A stretch of DNA of 63,560 nt, the filler included. It is 7 parts of 7 records of this genome, joined end to end, with 100 filler letters (N's around TTAATTAATTAA, not from the genome) between each part and the next. Parts side by side here need not be neighbours in the genome. Positions count along the whole stretch, not along the records: positions 1 to 21,052 come from DRR723986_18348; 6 more parts are not named here. The stretch is one strand, 5' to 3'. Made by a program: the position numbers and the translations under genes. Below are positions 1 to 10,165 of the stretch, piece by piece. The notes below the pieces were generated by a model. It was not told the origin of the DNA. It did no database searches and worked only from the letters and a program-made list of their open reading frames with translations. Numbering within the stretch: the stretch's first letter is position 1; the number at the start of each line of letters is the position of its first letter.

Positions 1-869
1 CGCGGATCCGCGAGAGTCTGTTGGTTGAGGAGTCGAGGGCTCGCGCTTTGGCAGAAGAAACCAGCCGAGAACGGGCAATGCTGCTTGCGCGAGTTTGCCA
101 TGATTTGCGCAACCCGCTTTCGGTGGTAGGAGTCGTTCGCGAGCTCTTGCTGACCGAACAGGTCGATTCGGAGCCAAACAAACTTGCAAACCTGCTCAAG
201 CAGAGTCAGTCGAACATGAAGTACCTAACGGACCAACTACTGACATACTCACGCTCCCGAGCAGAGCAGAGTAACACTCGGCCAGAAGAGATTAATATTC
301 GTGAATTCATTGCCGAATTCTCGAACGAGGCGGAACTGCGCCTACGTGAGACCAACATCGCTTACCAGGTTCATGTTTCTAAATCATTTCCAGACACATT
401 TGTGACCGACCCCAACATTCTTCGCGAGATCCTGGGAAACATTTTTGACAATGCGGTTCGATACACGGAGGCTGGAACCATCTCGTTTGAGTGTGCATCC
501 ACAATCGATGGCAAAGTCAACTTTACACTAGAAGACACCGGAAAGGGCATGTCCGAAGAAATGGTGCAGTCTGTCTTTGAACCATTCTTTAGAGGGAAAA
601 ATGAGATCCTGTCCGATGGCAACGTCGGCTTGGGTATGAACATAGTTTACGAATTGACTAAACAACTTGGCGGGCAAGTTTCTATAAGCAGTGAGCTCGG
701 TAGAGGGACATCGGTGAGTCTTAGCATTCCTTCAAAGGTGATTCTCAAAGGCCCTCCCGAGAAGCGTGACGAAAAGACAATCCAATCAAAGACCGCCGAA
801 CATCAGCCCCATGCACCACATACATTCTCTAGCCGGCGATCTGCAAAAAACTCGACAACGAATCAGTAG
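1..869 (+). CDS. Sensor histidine kinase, C-terminal part (HisKA + HATPase), 5'-truncated at window edge
   Basis: H-box RVCHDLRNPL, N-box LGNIFDNAVRYT, G1 EDTGKGM, F-box VFEPFF, G2 GLGMNIV. Confidence 0.9.
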   Translation, partial: RIRESLLVEESRARALAEETSRERAMLLARVCHDLRNPLSVVGVVRELLLTEQVDSEPNKLANLLKQSQSNMKYLTDQLLTYSRSRAEQSNTRPEEINIREFIAEFSNEAELRLRETNIAYQVHVSKSFPDTFVTDPNILREILGNIFDNAVRYTEAGTISFECASTIDGKVNFTLEDTGKGMSEEMVQSVFEPFFRGKNEILSDGNVGLGMNIVYELTKQLGGQVSISSELGRGTSVSLSIPSKVILKGPPEKRDEKTIQSKTAEHQPHAPHTFSSRRSAKNSTTNQ

Positions 870-970
870 CAAACATCACTCTCCAGAGTTACTCTCAAAT
901 CAGTGCTTTACACCGGAGCAGTCTCTCGTGGCATAGACGTGGGCGATCCTTAGAAACTCTAGCTCGGGCG

Positions 971-2395
971 TTAACGCCCCGAGCCCAAGAGGTATGGTGC
1001 TGGGCGGCGCACTGAACCTTCAAGGACTCGAACGCGAGTGTAGTCAGCGAACCCCAGAGGGGGATCTGTGTCCTCTTGGGCTGGCGATCCCTGCACACTT
1101 GCCCCTGCCTGCTCCACTAAAAAGGCGCCTGACCCATCGATTTCTCCTCGAACCATAACTTTTCCACGAACCCAGTTCCGTCGCACAAGCCCGCCAAGAT
1201 CGAGATCGCCTGTACAACAGACTAAACCACCAATCATGGATGGATAGGCGGTAGAACTAAACGTGTCCTCAACACCGCGATACGGCGCTCCCGGTGGATT
1301 CAGATTTATGCCTTCGCTAGTCTCATCCAAAGGTTGGTCACCTTGACTGAGAACTAGCTCTCCGTCGACGATCAGGGACGCTGAGTCTGTAAAGGCTGGC
1401 GCAATGTGGTTCGCCCCCGTAATTTCGCAGCGGTTTCCGATGTTGTGAAAGATAATAGTCCCTTCAAACCGGCAGCTAGCGACAGAAACACCAGCTCCGC
1501 CGCAATCGATTGCATAAATACCTAGCCGATTTAGCTCGCCGGTCATACTGTTGAATCCAGGTGCCAACACGTGGTTGTGCATCACTCGATCAGATCCTGC
1601 GAGGGGCAGGGTACTTGCAGAAATTTTGGTCGCCAGCCCTAGGTAGTGTTCCACAATACGATCTGAGGGCATCGAAGGCAGCTCGGTGACCTCTATTGGT
1701 ACGCCCAATACAGTACCTTCAACTTTGTCAGCATAGTAGAAGCCTGCCGTAAGCGTTGAGTTCACAGTCAACGATTTCGCGTAGAGCCCACCGGTAATGT
1801 TCGCCATACCGCCAAAGCTGACATCGCTCGACGAGCAGACCGAGAACTGCAGACATCCCAGTGGCTCGCCTGCAGGAACTAAATGCGCCCTGACCGTATA
1901 GCTGAAACCACCCGCAGTTAATGTAGCGACTAAATCACAAGGGTCTTGGGGATCATCATTCAACCGCCCATCCGAGTCAACTACTTGAAAAGCTCCGCGC
2001 ATGTTCCCCGGAAACTTGAAAGTGGATTGCACACTGACACCATCCAATTTCTCTCGCCAGTCGCTGGTTGCGTTGATGTAGGCCGTAGCCCAATCTAACA
2101 GGCTGATCGTGTTTACACGAGCGAGCGACAACTGACTCTCGGCTGTCGATTGCTGGGTGGCGGCTCTGGCTGTAGCCAAAGCGGCAAGCGCGAGGGTTGC
2201 CACGATTAGTGCCCCCATTAACACAGCGATGAGCACTGCACCGCGTCTGCTGTTGAAATGAACTCTGGCGGTTCGCTGCACCTTATTCCCCTCCGTTGCC
2301 ACCAATGCGGATTGAGTTTTCCCTGACTGAGATGTCGCCATTTCGTGTCTGAATTGTCGCGGAAAAGAGAGACTCCGGTGCATTACTGCGATCAA
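971..2395 (-). CDS. PilX/GspK-like minor pilin with large C-terminal domain; true start probably near 2340
   Basis: RRG|AVLIAVLMGALIVATLALAAL class III signal-like segment without E5, as in PilX/GspK; last gene of a four-gene pilin-like cluster. Confidence 0.7.
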   Translation of the reverse strand: MIAVMHRSLSFPRQFRHEMATSQSGKTQSALVATEGNKVQRTARVHFNSRRGAVLIAVLMGALIVATLALAALATARAATQQSTAESQLSLARVNTISLLDWATAYINATSDWREKLDGVSVQSTFKFPGNMRGAFQVVDSDGRLNDDPQDPCDLVATLTAGGFSYTVRAHLVPAGEPLGCLQFSVCSSSDVSFGGMANITGGLYAKSLTVNSTLTAGFYYADKVEGTVLGVPIEVTELPSMPSDRIVEHYLGLATKISASTLPLAGSDRVMHNHVLAPGFNSMTGELNRLGIYAIDCGGAGVSVASCRFEGTIIFHNIGNRCEITGANHIAPAFTDSASLIVDGELVLSQGDQPLDETSEGINLNPPGAPYRGVEDTFSSTAYPSMIGGLVCCTGDLDLGGLVRRNWVRGKVMVRGEIDGSGAFLVEQAGASVQGSPAQEDTDPPLGFADYTRVRVLEGSVRRPAPYLLGSGR

Positions 2396-2972
2396 TCATA
2401 TATCCGTCAACGTATCTCAGTAAAAAGTACTCGTATTGTTTGCCGCTTGGTGCCGTGAGGGTAATGCCTACGCGTTTCAAGTCGCCTGGGGTTACTTGCA
2501 CACTCCCATGAAAGTCGATGTAATTACCACGCGTCGATAACTGCCAACCGCCGAAAAGGTCGACAACTCGGTCGTCCTCATCTGTAATGACCGTGAGTTC
2601 TAAATCACCGAAATCATCAAAGTCATCTAACTTCATCCTGCTGTTCGAGCCCTCGCCGTCGCGACCAAGCAACGCCGCTTTATCGCCCGAATGAAAGGCT
2701 CGTGCATTTGCTTCACGCGCCAACTCGGAAAATATGGCGTTTGCAACAACCTGTTCTTCTCCAGCTTTACGATTAGACAAAACAAGGAACACAGAGTTGA
2801 CAGAAGTAAGCAGAAGCGTAGCCACTATCGCGGTAGCCACAGTTACCTCGACTAGCCCCGTTCCACGCCGAGGCAATCGAGCACCTGTCGTTGGTCCAAC
2901 CGCGGCGGATTGATAAGTCTGTGTCCTCAAACTGGCCATCACTAGTCGCTCTTTACTGGGTTCCAGAGTCAC
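2283..2972 (-). CDS. PilV/GspI-like minor pilin
   Basis: RRG|TGLVEVTVATAIVATLLL prepilin-like motif with E5. Confidence 0.7.
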   Translation of the reverse strand: MTLEPSKERLVMASLRTQTYQSAAVGPTTGARLPRRGTGLVEVTVATAIVATLLLTSVNSVFLVLSNRKAGEEQVVANAIFSELAREANARAFHSGDKAALLGRDGEGSNSRMKLDDFDDFGDLELTVITDEDDRVVDLFGGWQLSTRGNYIDFHGSVQVTPGDLKRVGITLTAPSGKQYEYFLLRYVDGYMIDRSNAPESLFSATIQTRNGDISVRENSIRIGGNGGE

Positions 2973-4117
2973 TACTGTTCAATTGCTATAGTCAGTGACG
3001 TGTACCTTTTTGATCCCAACGAAATCAGTGACCCCTCGGGCAATGTCCCACTCGCATGTGTGTAGGCTACGATCAAGCACAGGTCGGACAGAAAGGTGTC
3101 GATTTTTCCGCCAAAATTGAACCCTGGCATGCCACTCGTGTATGCGTACCCCCTTCCTCGAAACGCCCCAGCCCGAATAACGAGCTGCTCTTGTGTCCCG
3201 ACATCCAACCCGTCACAGACTACTTGGGAACCACTGTCACTACGCGATGCAAGGCTGAAATTCAGGTTGCCACCACTGCCTTCTGGAGCAGCAAAGTGTA
3301 AGAGTGTTACACCTATGTCACCTCGACTTGTCCAAGACGCAGCAAACTTTGAAACATCTGAGCGCGAAGCAAACACAAACAAGGTTGTCTCCCCCGATGC
3401 GCTGCTTGCATGCAGCTTATCCCACCCTGCTTCTGGCTTAACGCTCTGCGTGTCATCTTTCCTGTAGGCGACTACAGCCACCACCAAATCACCAGCTTGG
3501 TAAGTCGCCGGCACGGGAATTGAACAACGGGTCACGAACGAAAGAAATGTGGTGCGGGCGGCGTTTAGTTCGAGTCGGTTCGATTCTGCAGACTGTTTTG
3601 GCTCGTCAACTGTGTGCAGCCTCAGGTTGAAATCATCAAGTGGATCAGAGACTGCGAAAAACTTTTCACCGTCGATTGAACGCAGAAGTGGTGTAGATTC
3701 CCCTTCCCAAAGATAATGTACCTCCCTTGTTCCTCCCACGCCTGTGCCCATCTCCAGTTCGGCACTCGAAGCGTCGACCGAAACAACACGCCTGGCAAAA
3801 GCCAATTCATCCGCTAACTGCTGGATGCCTAGGGAGTTGCCCCGCAGCCTTGCAAGGTCATCACTGGCTTCTGTGCAAGCAACCGAAGCTATAGCAATAG
3901 CTGTTGATACCGAAGCAACTAGGAGTGCCGCAACCGACATCGCGACGGTGAGTTCGAGCAACTGCAAACCGCGACGTCGAGAAACGCAACTGGAATCAAC
4001 TGCAAAACCAAGCTCGAAAAGTCGAGCCTCTTTCCTGCAGATGCTTTGTGGATTAGAGATCATTCTATCAAGCGATGGCAGAAAACGAACGAACGAAAAC
4101 TTGCACGAGTGCATCAT
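2972..4117 (-). CDS. PilW/GspJ-like minor pilin with extra C-terminal beta-rich domain
   Basis: RRRG|LQLLELTVAMSVAALLVASV prepilin-like motif with E5. Confidence 0.7.
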   Translation of the reverse strand: MMHSCKFSFVRFLPSLDRMISNPQSICRKEARLFELGFAVDSSCVSRRRGLQLLELTVAMSVAALLVASVSTAIAIASVACTEASDDLARLRGNSLGIQQLADELAFARRVVSVDASSAELEMGTGVGGTREVHYLWEGESTPLLRSIDGEKFFAVSDPLDDFNLRLHTVDEPKQSAESNRLELNAARTTFLSFVTRCSIPVPATYQAGDLVVAVVAYRKDDTQSVKPEAGWDKLHASSASGETTLFVFASRSDVSKFAASWTSRGDIGVTLLHFAAPEGSGGNLNFSLASRSDSGSQVVCDGLDVGTQEQLVIRAGAFRGRGYAYTSGMPGFNFGGKIDTFLSDLCLIVAYTHASGTLPEGSLISLGSKRYTSLTIAIEQ

Positions 4118-4130
4118 TTACGCCCGTAAT

Positions 4131-5078
4131 CTAGAACCCAAACCAAGACGCAAAACTGCTAAACACTCCTCCACCTGAGAAAGCTGAGTTTGAACCTGTC
4201 GAACTCGAACTCGTCGAATAGCTGCTGGATGACGAGTAGCTACTCCCAAAGCTGGTTGCCGAAGCTCTGCTACTTGAAGAATAGCTAGACGAAGAACTGA
4301 AAGCCGAACTGGACGAGGAACCTGAGCTCGAACTATACGCGTACGCAGACGCCGTCCCCGATGAAGAGGAGGAGGATGAAGACGACGAAGAACTAGCGGT
4401 AGAAGAAGCACTTGATGATGCGACGGTCGAACTAGTTGTCGATTGCTCGGGTGCAGGAGCCGATGGCTCGGGCGTTTCTGCGATTGTCGTCGCAACTGCA
4501 AGTAGTTGGATATCTCGCGTGACAGAATCACTGCCTATACTCAAGCTTGCCGAATCGACCCCTTGATGCGTCGTTGGCGATAACAAATCCCCGTAGTGGT
4601 TGATGAAAACGCTTTCTTCACCACCAAAATCGATATCAGTTATCGCCAGGCCGGCAAAACTGCCGAGATTCGTCGACGCAACTAGCTCAGAGTTTTCCAG
4701 ACTTAATGCGACGATCTCAGAGCCGTCTTCTGCGAGCCCGACAATCGCAGCTATCCCTTTGCTTCGACAGTCCTGCCGAACAGTAGCCAGAAATTGATCG
4801 ATCTCACGCTCCGCGGAGGCCAACCGCATTTTTGCAAGCGATTGCGTCGCTTGGGGAACAGCAACCGCAGCAGCGACAGAAATTAGCAAGACAACAACGA
4901 TGACCTCAATCAGAGTCACACCTGCGCGAAAACGGCATATTTCGAGCTGACGCAATGATGCCGCCGGCAACCGACGTCCTAACGCTAGAAAATCCCCTGA
5001 TGTGGACGCTCTTGTGGCGTGCACACTGCTTGTGATGAACACACCAATACCCCTAGAAATACGTTTTTTTTGCAGCAC
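4131..5078 (-). CDS. FimT/GspH-like pilin with long Ser-rich C-terminal tail; true start uncertain
   Basis: RAG|VTLIEVIVVVLLISVAAAVAVP N-methylation motif, RLASAEREIDQFLATVRQ helix, about 100-aa Ser-rich tail. Confidence 0.75.
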   Translation of the reverse strand: MLQKKRISRGIGVFITSSVHATRASTSGDFLALGRRLPAASLRQLEICRFRAGVTLIEVIVVVLLISVAAAVAVPQATQSLAKMRLASAEREIDQFLATVRQDCRSKGIAAIVGLAEDGSEIVALSLENSELVASTNLGSFAGLAITDIDFGGEESVFINHYGDLLSPTTHQGVDSASLSIGSDSVTRDIQLLAVATTIAETPEPSAPAPEQSTTSSTVASSSASSTASSSSSSSSSSSSGTASAYAYSSSSGSSSSSAFSSSSSYSSSSRASATSFGSSYSSSSSYSTSSSSTGSNSAFSGGGVFSSFASWFGF

Positions 5079-5403
5079 GACGGATCCGAAATGCCGCTGT
5101 ACTGCCTGATTTCAAAACAACGGCAAACACTTGCTCTTAGCGCATAAACGCTCTCTCTGGGGCTGGTGAAGCGTTTGCCTTTTTGAAAGCTATGTTACGC
5201 ATTTCTTCTAGGGGGACCACAAAGCAGTTAATTGCGCCAAGCCGCAACCAGCCCCGCGAGAAACCAACCTTCCGGCCAAGACCCGCAGCCCAAAAGAACT
5301 AAAACCGAAGCCAAAGATGCTCCTTGACATGTTGAAAACGCTTCGGCGGGGAATAATAATCCCCCCTAGTTGATGGAGCTTGCTATCTTCTATCGACTGA
5401 GTC

Positions 5404-8400
5404 ATGAAAACGGTGATTGGCGTTTGCAGTTGCCAGATGTCGAGAGCAAAGTCCAGGACAACAGACGGAGAAACGATGTACCAGCTTGCTGTATTTGCTG
5501 ATTGCATTCAGCGGGCAGCGCTAATTTGCTTTATCTGGACAATACACTCTGTAGTTCCAGCGGCTTGCAACGCTACCGCCCCCAGCGAACGATTGCTCGC
5601 GCCGGCCACGCCGCAGCCACCGAATCCTGAAGGTTCGATTCCTACGTTTGCTTTTAAAACGCCCTACATCGAGCAATGGCTTTTGCTTGGGCCAATTGAG
5701 AGTGACATTGTCCCCCAAACCCCAGAGAAATTACTTACAGCCCCAGCGGCAGGGAAGGTCGTAGATTTCGGCGAAGGTATCCAGCGCACATGGCAAACGT
5801 TTTCGGCTGGTGAAAAGGGAATCGTCGCTCTCACAGAATTTTGCAGGAGCGAGGGGCAGGTCGCCAATAATGCAACTGTCTACGCATGCGTGAAGCTCTC
5901 ACCTGGTGAGCGTGAACCTCGAGCGTTCAGAGTCCAAGCTGACGACACCGCACGGTTGTGGCTGCTTCATGAAGGTGAATCCGACGAACTCTCCAGCAAC
6001 GGGAGTTTCACCATCGATTTTGCCGGCCCGCTCGCCAAGCGGGATTCTGATGACATTTACCTGCTGGTGGAGGTCACCAATTTTGACGGTCAGTTTGATT
6101 TTCGCGTAGAGTGCGGCCAGCGTTGGGTCGGTCGGGTAACCCACGCGGACGGCTTTACTCCAAACATCAATATTCCCGTCGATGTACTCGACAAAGATGG
6201 CAAACGGCTCTTTTCATCGTTAAGCAACAATTCTGGCCAGCTTTCCCTTCAGCCGATACCTTACGATGCACCCGTGCAACTGTCCGTCGGCGGAGCTATC
6301 CAAACGCCCTCTTGGTCAGTTGACCAGGCATCAGAAAACCGCAGCTTTCACATAACTGCACCGAACCCAGCCGTGGGCATCACGTCGACCTTGCTAAGCG
6401 CTAATGATTCAGGCGCACGCCGCATCATTGCACTGCAATACGACGAGAAAACGGGGCACATCTACTTCCTACAAGACGGCCAGCGGAATGCCGTCCAAGT
6501 ATCTGTCGGAGGCAAGGTGCATACGCACCCTTTGATGGACGATCTTCCAACTCTCACCATTACTGATTTCGCCGTCGACAGCCTTGGCGCGCTTTATCTG
6601 CAAGCTGGCGATCATGGTCTGCTGCGTCTCACAAAATCTCGTCGAACGCAGCTATTCGCCCGCCGCAGGCTTGAGGGCTTCGAACAAACAACACTGCCTA
6701 CAAGTTGCTTGTTTACTAATGAGTGCATACTGAGAGTTCACAACGATTCAGTCTGGATAACTGCAGTTGAATTCACAGGAAACGACCAAGACCCCACCGC
6801 GATGTCAGTCCAGTCGAGCGTCATCAACGTTTCTGGCGACGGCGAGCAATTTCAGATTGTTGAAACGCGTGGTGGCATGATCGATACGCTAATGGTAGAC
6901 GACAGAGGCATCGCTTTTTCGGCTGGGACGCAACTGCTTCGTCGGGACTTTGAAGCGGCGGAATTCGAGTCGTTTACTATGCCGTTCACGTTCGCTCGTG
7001 ACATTAAACGAGGGCCGTTTGGCGACATTTACCTGTTAGCCGACCTAGGCTTTGCTCAACTAGATGAATCAGGCGCATGGAAAGATAGTGGAGTTTTCCC
7101 CAAAGTGCTGCCGAGCACTCAGAGTCGCATCTACCCGGGCGAGAAACTGTGGATCATGGATCCGCATGGAGCCAGGTTCATTGACAATGGTGTTCCGGCG
7201 ATCGTTTGGAATAGCGAGTTTGCCAGCAGTGCTGCCTGGGGAACGAAGGGCTTACTGGTTGGCACCGAGAGCGGCTCAATCGTCGGCGTTGAAACGTCGC
7301 CAGTGTTGCATCTAGATGCAAAGAATGGTCTTGGCAGTTCCCGCAATTGGAAAGTCACTGCGTCTCGCTATGGCACGGTCTTTTCAGGACTCAACGTGCA
7401 CCTCAGTCGTCTTAGTGACGGCGACTGGACGACACCCGTTCGCTACAAAACGCTGACTGGTTATGCGTACAGCCCGACCGAAACGCTTGCCGTTGCATAC
7501 GCTCTGGGAGCCAACTCTTCGACCAATTACAACGTACCTGCTCTATTGCTTCGCGACGATGGCCAAGAAACGCACCAAATAAAACTGCCTATCGAGCAAT
7601 CGGCGGTGGTCTTCAGTAGCATTGTCCACAGTTCCGATGGGCGCTTCTTGATTGGTACTAGAGCCGGACTATTCGAATACGCTGACGGTGATGTCAAACG
7701 AGTCCACTTGGGAGCGGAATCCACGCCGCCCCCGATCAGCGGAATGTCTGAACTACCATCGGGAGCGATTTGGATTGCCACGGAAGACGCCCGATTCGGC
7801 AGACTCGACCGCGACGGCGTGAAGTGGCTCGAGCTTCCACAACCGGAGAATGGCACACGACACGTACAGCATTTCGCAGCGGTCCCCAACGACTGGCCAC
7901 TTTACAAAGACGCTCAGCTCTTGCTCGGAACGACTATGGGCCTGTTGGCCTACAACATCAAAGAGGCCAGCTTCTGCCCAATTGACGTTCCATTCTCCGA
8001 GGGAGTCAACGTTCAAGACCTTGCAGCTTGCCCAATGAGGGGCACGATTTTCGTCGCTGCGCGAGGGTTAGGAGTCTTCTCTTTTCACCGTGGTTCGTGG
8101 CTCAAACTACGACTACCTGACGACACTGACCTATCTGAGGTCTGTGATATCGAATTCGACCTTGCCGGAAAAATGTGGATGGTTTGCCCTGACAAGTTCG
8201 TATCTTATCAGCACGCTGCATCTAAACCATTTGTCTACATTGAATCCACAAAGTCTGACCAGCAGTGGAAACCTGCCGAACTCATTAGCCCGCAAACGAC
8301 AACATTGGAACGTGATCGCCCACTGCAGATCATGCTTGGCAATGCAAATCCTTTAAGGCATGCCGGCTACCGATATCGCATTGCAGGGCAATCAGATTGG

Positions 8401-9828
8401 ACGCCTCTACCGCCAGAATCAAAGCTCTTGGAGATCTCGATTCCCGAGACCGGCCGTACCGAATTACAAGTTCAGTCAGTTGACTTTGACCACAACTTTT
8501 CTGAACCTCTGACGCTCCCCATTCAGGTGTACTTGCCGTTGTGGCGTTGGCAATTGTTACGCTGGTTGGCAGCCGGTTTGTTGCTAGGAACCAGCGTGGC
8601 GAGCGTGCTGTCGTTAGCTGCCCTCCGCCGGTCACGGGCAGCTCGAATACAATCCGAAATTCAAGCAAGAAGAACTGCGGAGGCCAACGCGCGCGAACGC
8701 GAGGGGCTGCTATTGCGAGTGTGCCATGACTTAAAGAACCCATTGCATGTCGTCTTCGCTTGTGCGGAAATGTTGGACAATGGAGAATTAACGCAAGAAG
8801 AGGCTTCTCCGTTGCTCAACGGCTCCGCCGAATCGATGAGTTATCTATCGCAACAGTTGCTGAGCTATTCCCGACTGGGGCATACGCAAGCCAATTTCAA
8901 ACGCACACCGATTCTTCTACGGACACTGTTTGCGGAGTTAAAGCGGGAGTTTAAGTTCACCAAGGGCGGCGAAACGACTACTGAAATTGCGATTAGCATC
9001 CAGCCAGACGCTCCACGTTGGCTGCTCGGCGACCCATTCGTGCTGAAAGAGATCATCAACAATCTGTTGGATAACGCTTTCAAACACTGTCCTGCCGGCG
9101 AAGTAAGACTACTGGCAACTATCCAGAATGGTCAGCCAGCGATTATCGTGGAAGATTCTGGACCAGGGATCCCAGAGGGTGACATAGAGCGGATTTTTGA
9201 AGCGTTCTATCAGGCCGTGGATAGCCCCATGCCAGTCGATCAAGGCATTGGCCTTGGGCTTGCAATCTGCAAACACCTCGCTCACAAAATTGGTGGAACA
9301 CTCGCTGCCTCAAACCTAGAGACGGTAGGTGCGCAGTTCACGTTACTTCTTCCTGCATCAGCAATCTCGCGCGCCCCATCTGACTCGCTGCCCGAAGAAG
9401 AGATAACCAGAGTAGATTCCCCGGAAGCGGTCCCTGTATTACCGCCGCACACTCCTACCACGCACACTGCCCGCCGAACCCTAGTCGTCGATGATCTAGC
9501 TTTTGTGGGCAAGACACTTGTTCAACTACTTACCAAGTGTGGTGCCAATGCGACGTTCGCAGGCCCCTTTGATGCGCTTTCCACCAGCTTTCAAGAGCCT
9601 TTTGATGAAGTGTTGGTCGATCTGAACATGCAGGGAAAAGATGGTTTTGAGGTGGCTCGCGAATTGCGAAAAGCCCACGGCGACCAGATCCACATTCGCG
9701 CAATGAGCGAAAGTGAACACCTGCTTAGCCTCGCCCAGGAATCCGACGTCTTCGACTCAGCCATCTCCAAGACGGCCCTCTTTCGGTCAACTGAACTGGC
9801 CAGCAAGTCGCAGCGCAGCAGGTCGTAG
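5404..9828 (+). CDS. Hybrid sensor histidine kinase: large extracytoplasmic region (propeller-like and Y_Y_Y-like), TM, HisKA, HATPase, receiver
   Basis: Propeller-like blades (FLIGTRAGLF, IWIATED, LLLGTTMGLL), YRYRIAG...W, TM LAAGLLLGTSVASVLSLAAL, CHDLKNPL, NNLLDNAFKH, DSGPGI, GIGLGLAIC, receiver LVVDD...VDLNMQGKDG. Confidence 0.9.
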   Translation: MKTVIGVCSCQMSRAKSRTTDGETMYQLAVFADCIQRAALICFIWTIHSVVPAACNATAPSERLLAPATPQPPNPEGSIPTFAFKTPYIEQWLLLGPIESDIVPQTPEKLLTAPAAGKVVDFGEGIQRTWQTFSAGEKGIVALTEFCRSEGQVANNATVYACVKLSPGEREPRAFRVQADDTARLWLLHEGESDELSSNGSFTIDFAGPLAKRDSDDIYLLVEVTNFDGQFDFRVECGQRWVGRVTHADGFTPNINIPVDVLDKDGKRLFSSLSNNSGQLSLQPIPYDAPVQLSVGGAIQTPSWSVDQASENRSFHITAPNPAVGITSTLLSANDSGARRIIALQYDEKTGHIYFLQDGQRNAVQVSVGGKVHTHPLMDDLPTLTITDFAVDSLGALYLQAGDHGLLRLTKSRRTQLFARRRLEGFEQTTLPTSCLFTNECILRVHNDSVWITAVEFTGNDQDPTAMSVQSSVINVSGDGEQFQIVETRGGMIDTLMVDDRGIAFSAGTQLLRRDFEAAEFESFTMPFTFARDIKRGPFGDIYLLADLGFAQLDESGAWKDSGVFPKVLPSTQSRIYPGEKLWIMDPHGARFIDNGVPAIVWNSEFASSAAWGTKGLLVGTESGSIVGVETSPVLHLDAKNGLGSSRNWKVTASRYGTVFSGLNVHLSRLSDGDWTTPVRYKTLTGYAYSPTETLAVAYALGANSSTNYNVPALLLRDDGQETHQIKLPIEQSAVVFSSIVHSSDGRFLIGTRAGLFEYADGDVKRVHLGAESTPPPISGMSELPSGAIWIATEDARFGRLDRDGVKWLELPQPENGTRHVQHFAAVPNDWPLYKDAQLLLGTTMGLLAYNIKEASFCPIDVPFSEGVNVQDLAACPMRGTIFVAARGLGVFSFHRGSWLKLRLPDDTDLSEVCDIEFDLAGKMWMVCPDKFVSYQHAASKPFVYIESTKSDQQWKPAELISPQTTTLERDRPLQIMLGNANPLRHAGYRYRIAGQSDWTPLPPESKLLEISIPETGRTELQVQSVDFDHNFSEPLTLPIQVYLPLWRWQLLRWLAAGLLLGTSVASVLSLAALRRSRAARIQSEIQARRTAEANAREREGLLLRVCHDLKNPLHVVFACAEMLDNGELTQEEASPLLNGSAESMSYLSQQLLSYSRLGHTQANFKRTPILLRTLFAELKREFKFTKGGETTTEIAISIQPDAPRWLLGDPFVLKEIINNLLDNAFKHCPAGEVRLLATIQNGQPAIIVEDSGPGIPEGDIERIFEAFYQAVDSPMPVDQGIGLGLAICKHLAHKIGGTLAASNLETVGAQFTLLLPASAISRAPSDSLPEEEITRVDSPEAVPVLPPHTPTTHTARRTLVVDDLAFVGKTLVQLLTKCGANATFAGPFDALSTSFQEPFDEVLVDLNMQGKDGFEVARELRKAHGDQIHIRAMSESEHLLSLAQESDVFDSAISKTALFRSTELASKSQRSRS

Positions 9829-10069
9829 AACAACCTTAGGTCGGAGTCATTCCGCAACCACTGCCCTCGTTAACCCCCGTCTCCGTGCGGAAAAGACGGA
9901 AACTCCCCTGCCGTTGGTCACAGGTTGAGCCGAGAGGTTTCTCTTGGAGCAAGAATTCGCGGGGCCGGAACTTGAAGTCTTTACGCAGCCCTCTTCGGTA
10001 AATCCCGCAACTCTTTCGTACCAATCCTGAAAATCAGGCATTTGGTGGGAGCTGCCCCCCCCAGATGGC

Positions 10070-10097
10070 TTGACAATTAGTGACTTCAGACCAGAAT
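10070..10097 (+). promoter_or_regulatory. Possible sigma70 promoter for the PEP-CTERM gene
   Basis: TTGACA at 10070-10075, 16-bp spacer, CAGAAT about 70 bp upstream of ATG 10166. Confidence 0.35.
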
Positions 10098-10165
10098 TCC
10101 AGCAGGTGTATCGGGCCCCCCCGGTCTTAAAAACAGTTAGGTTCTAAGAGTGAGGTTACTAAGCA

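Noticed and set aside
4118-4531. Arg/Leu-rich alternative-frame ORF over the Ser-rich tail
   Set aside because: By-product of stop-poor serine codons in the pilin frame
9830-10041. Short minus-strand ORFs after the kinase, considered as a transposase or integrase remnant
   Set aside because: No recognisable catalytic motif or terminal repeats
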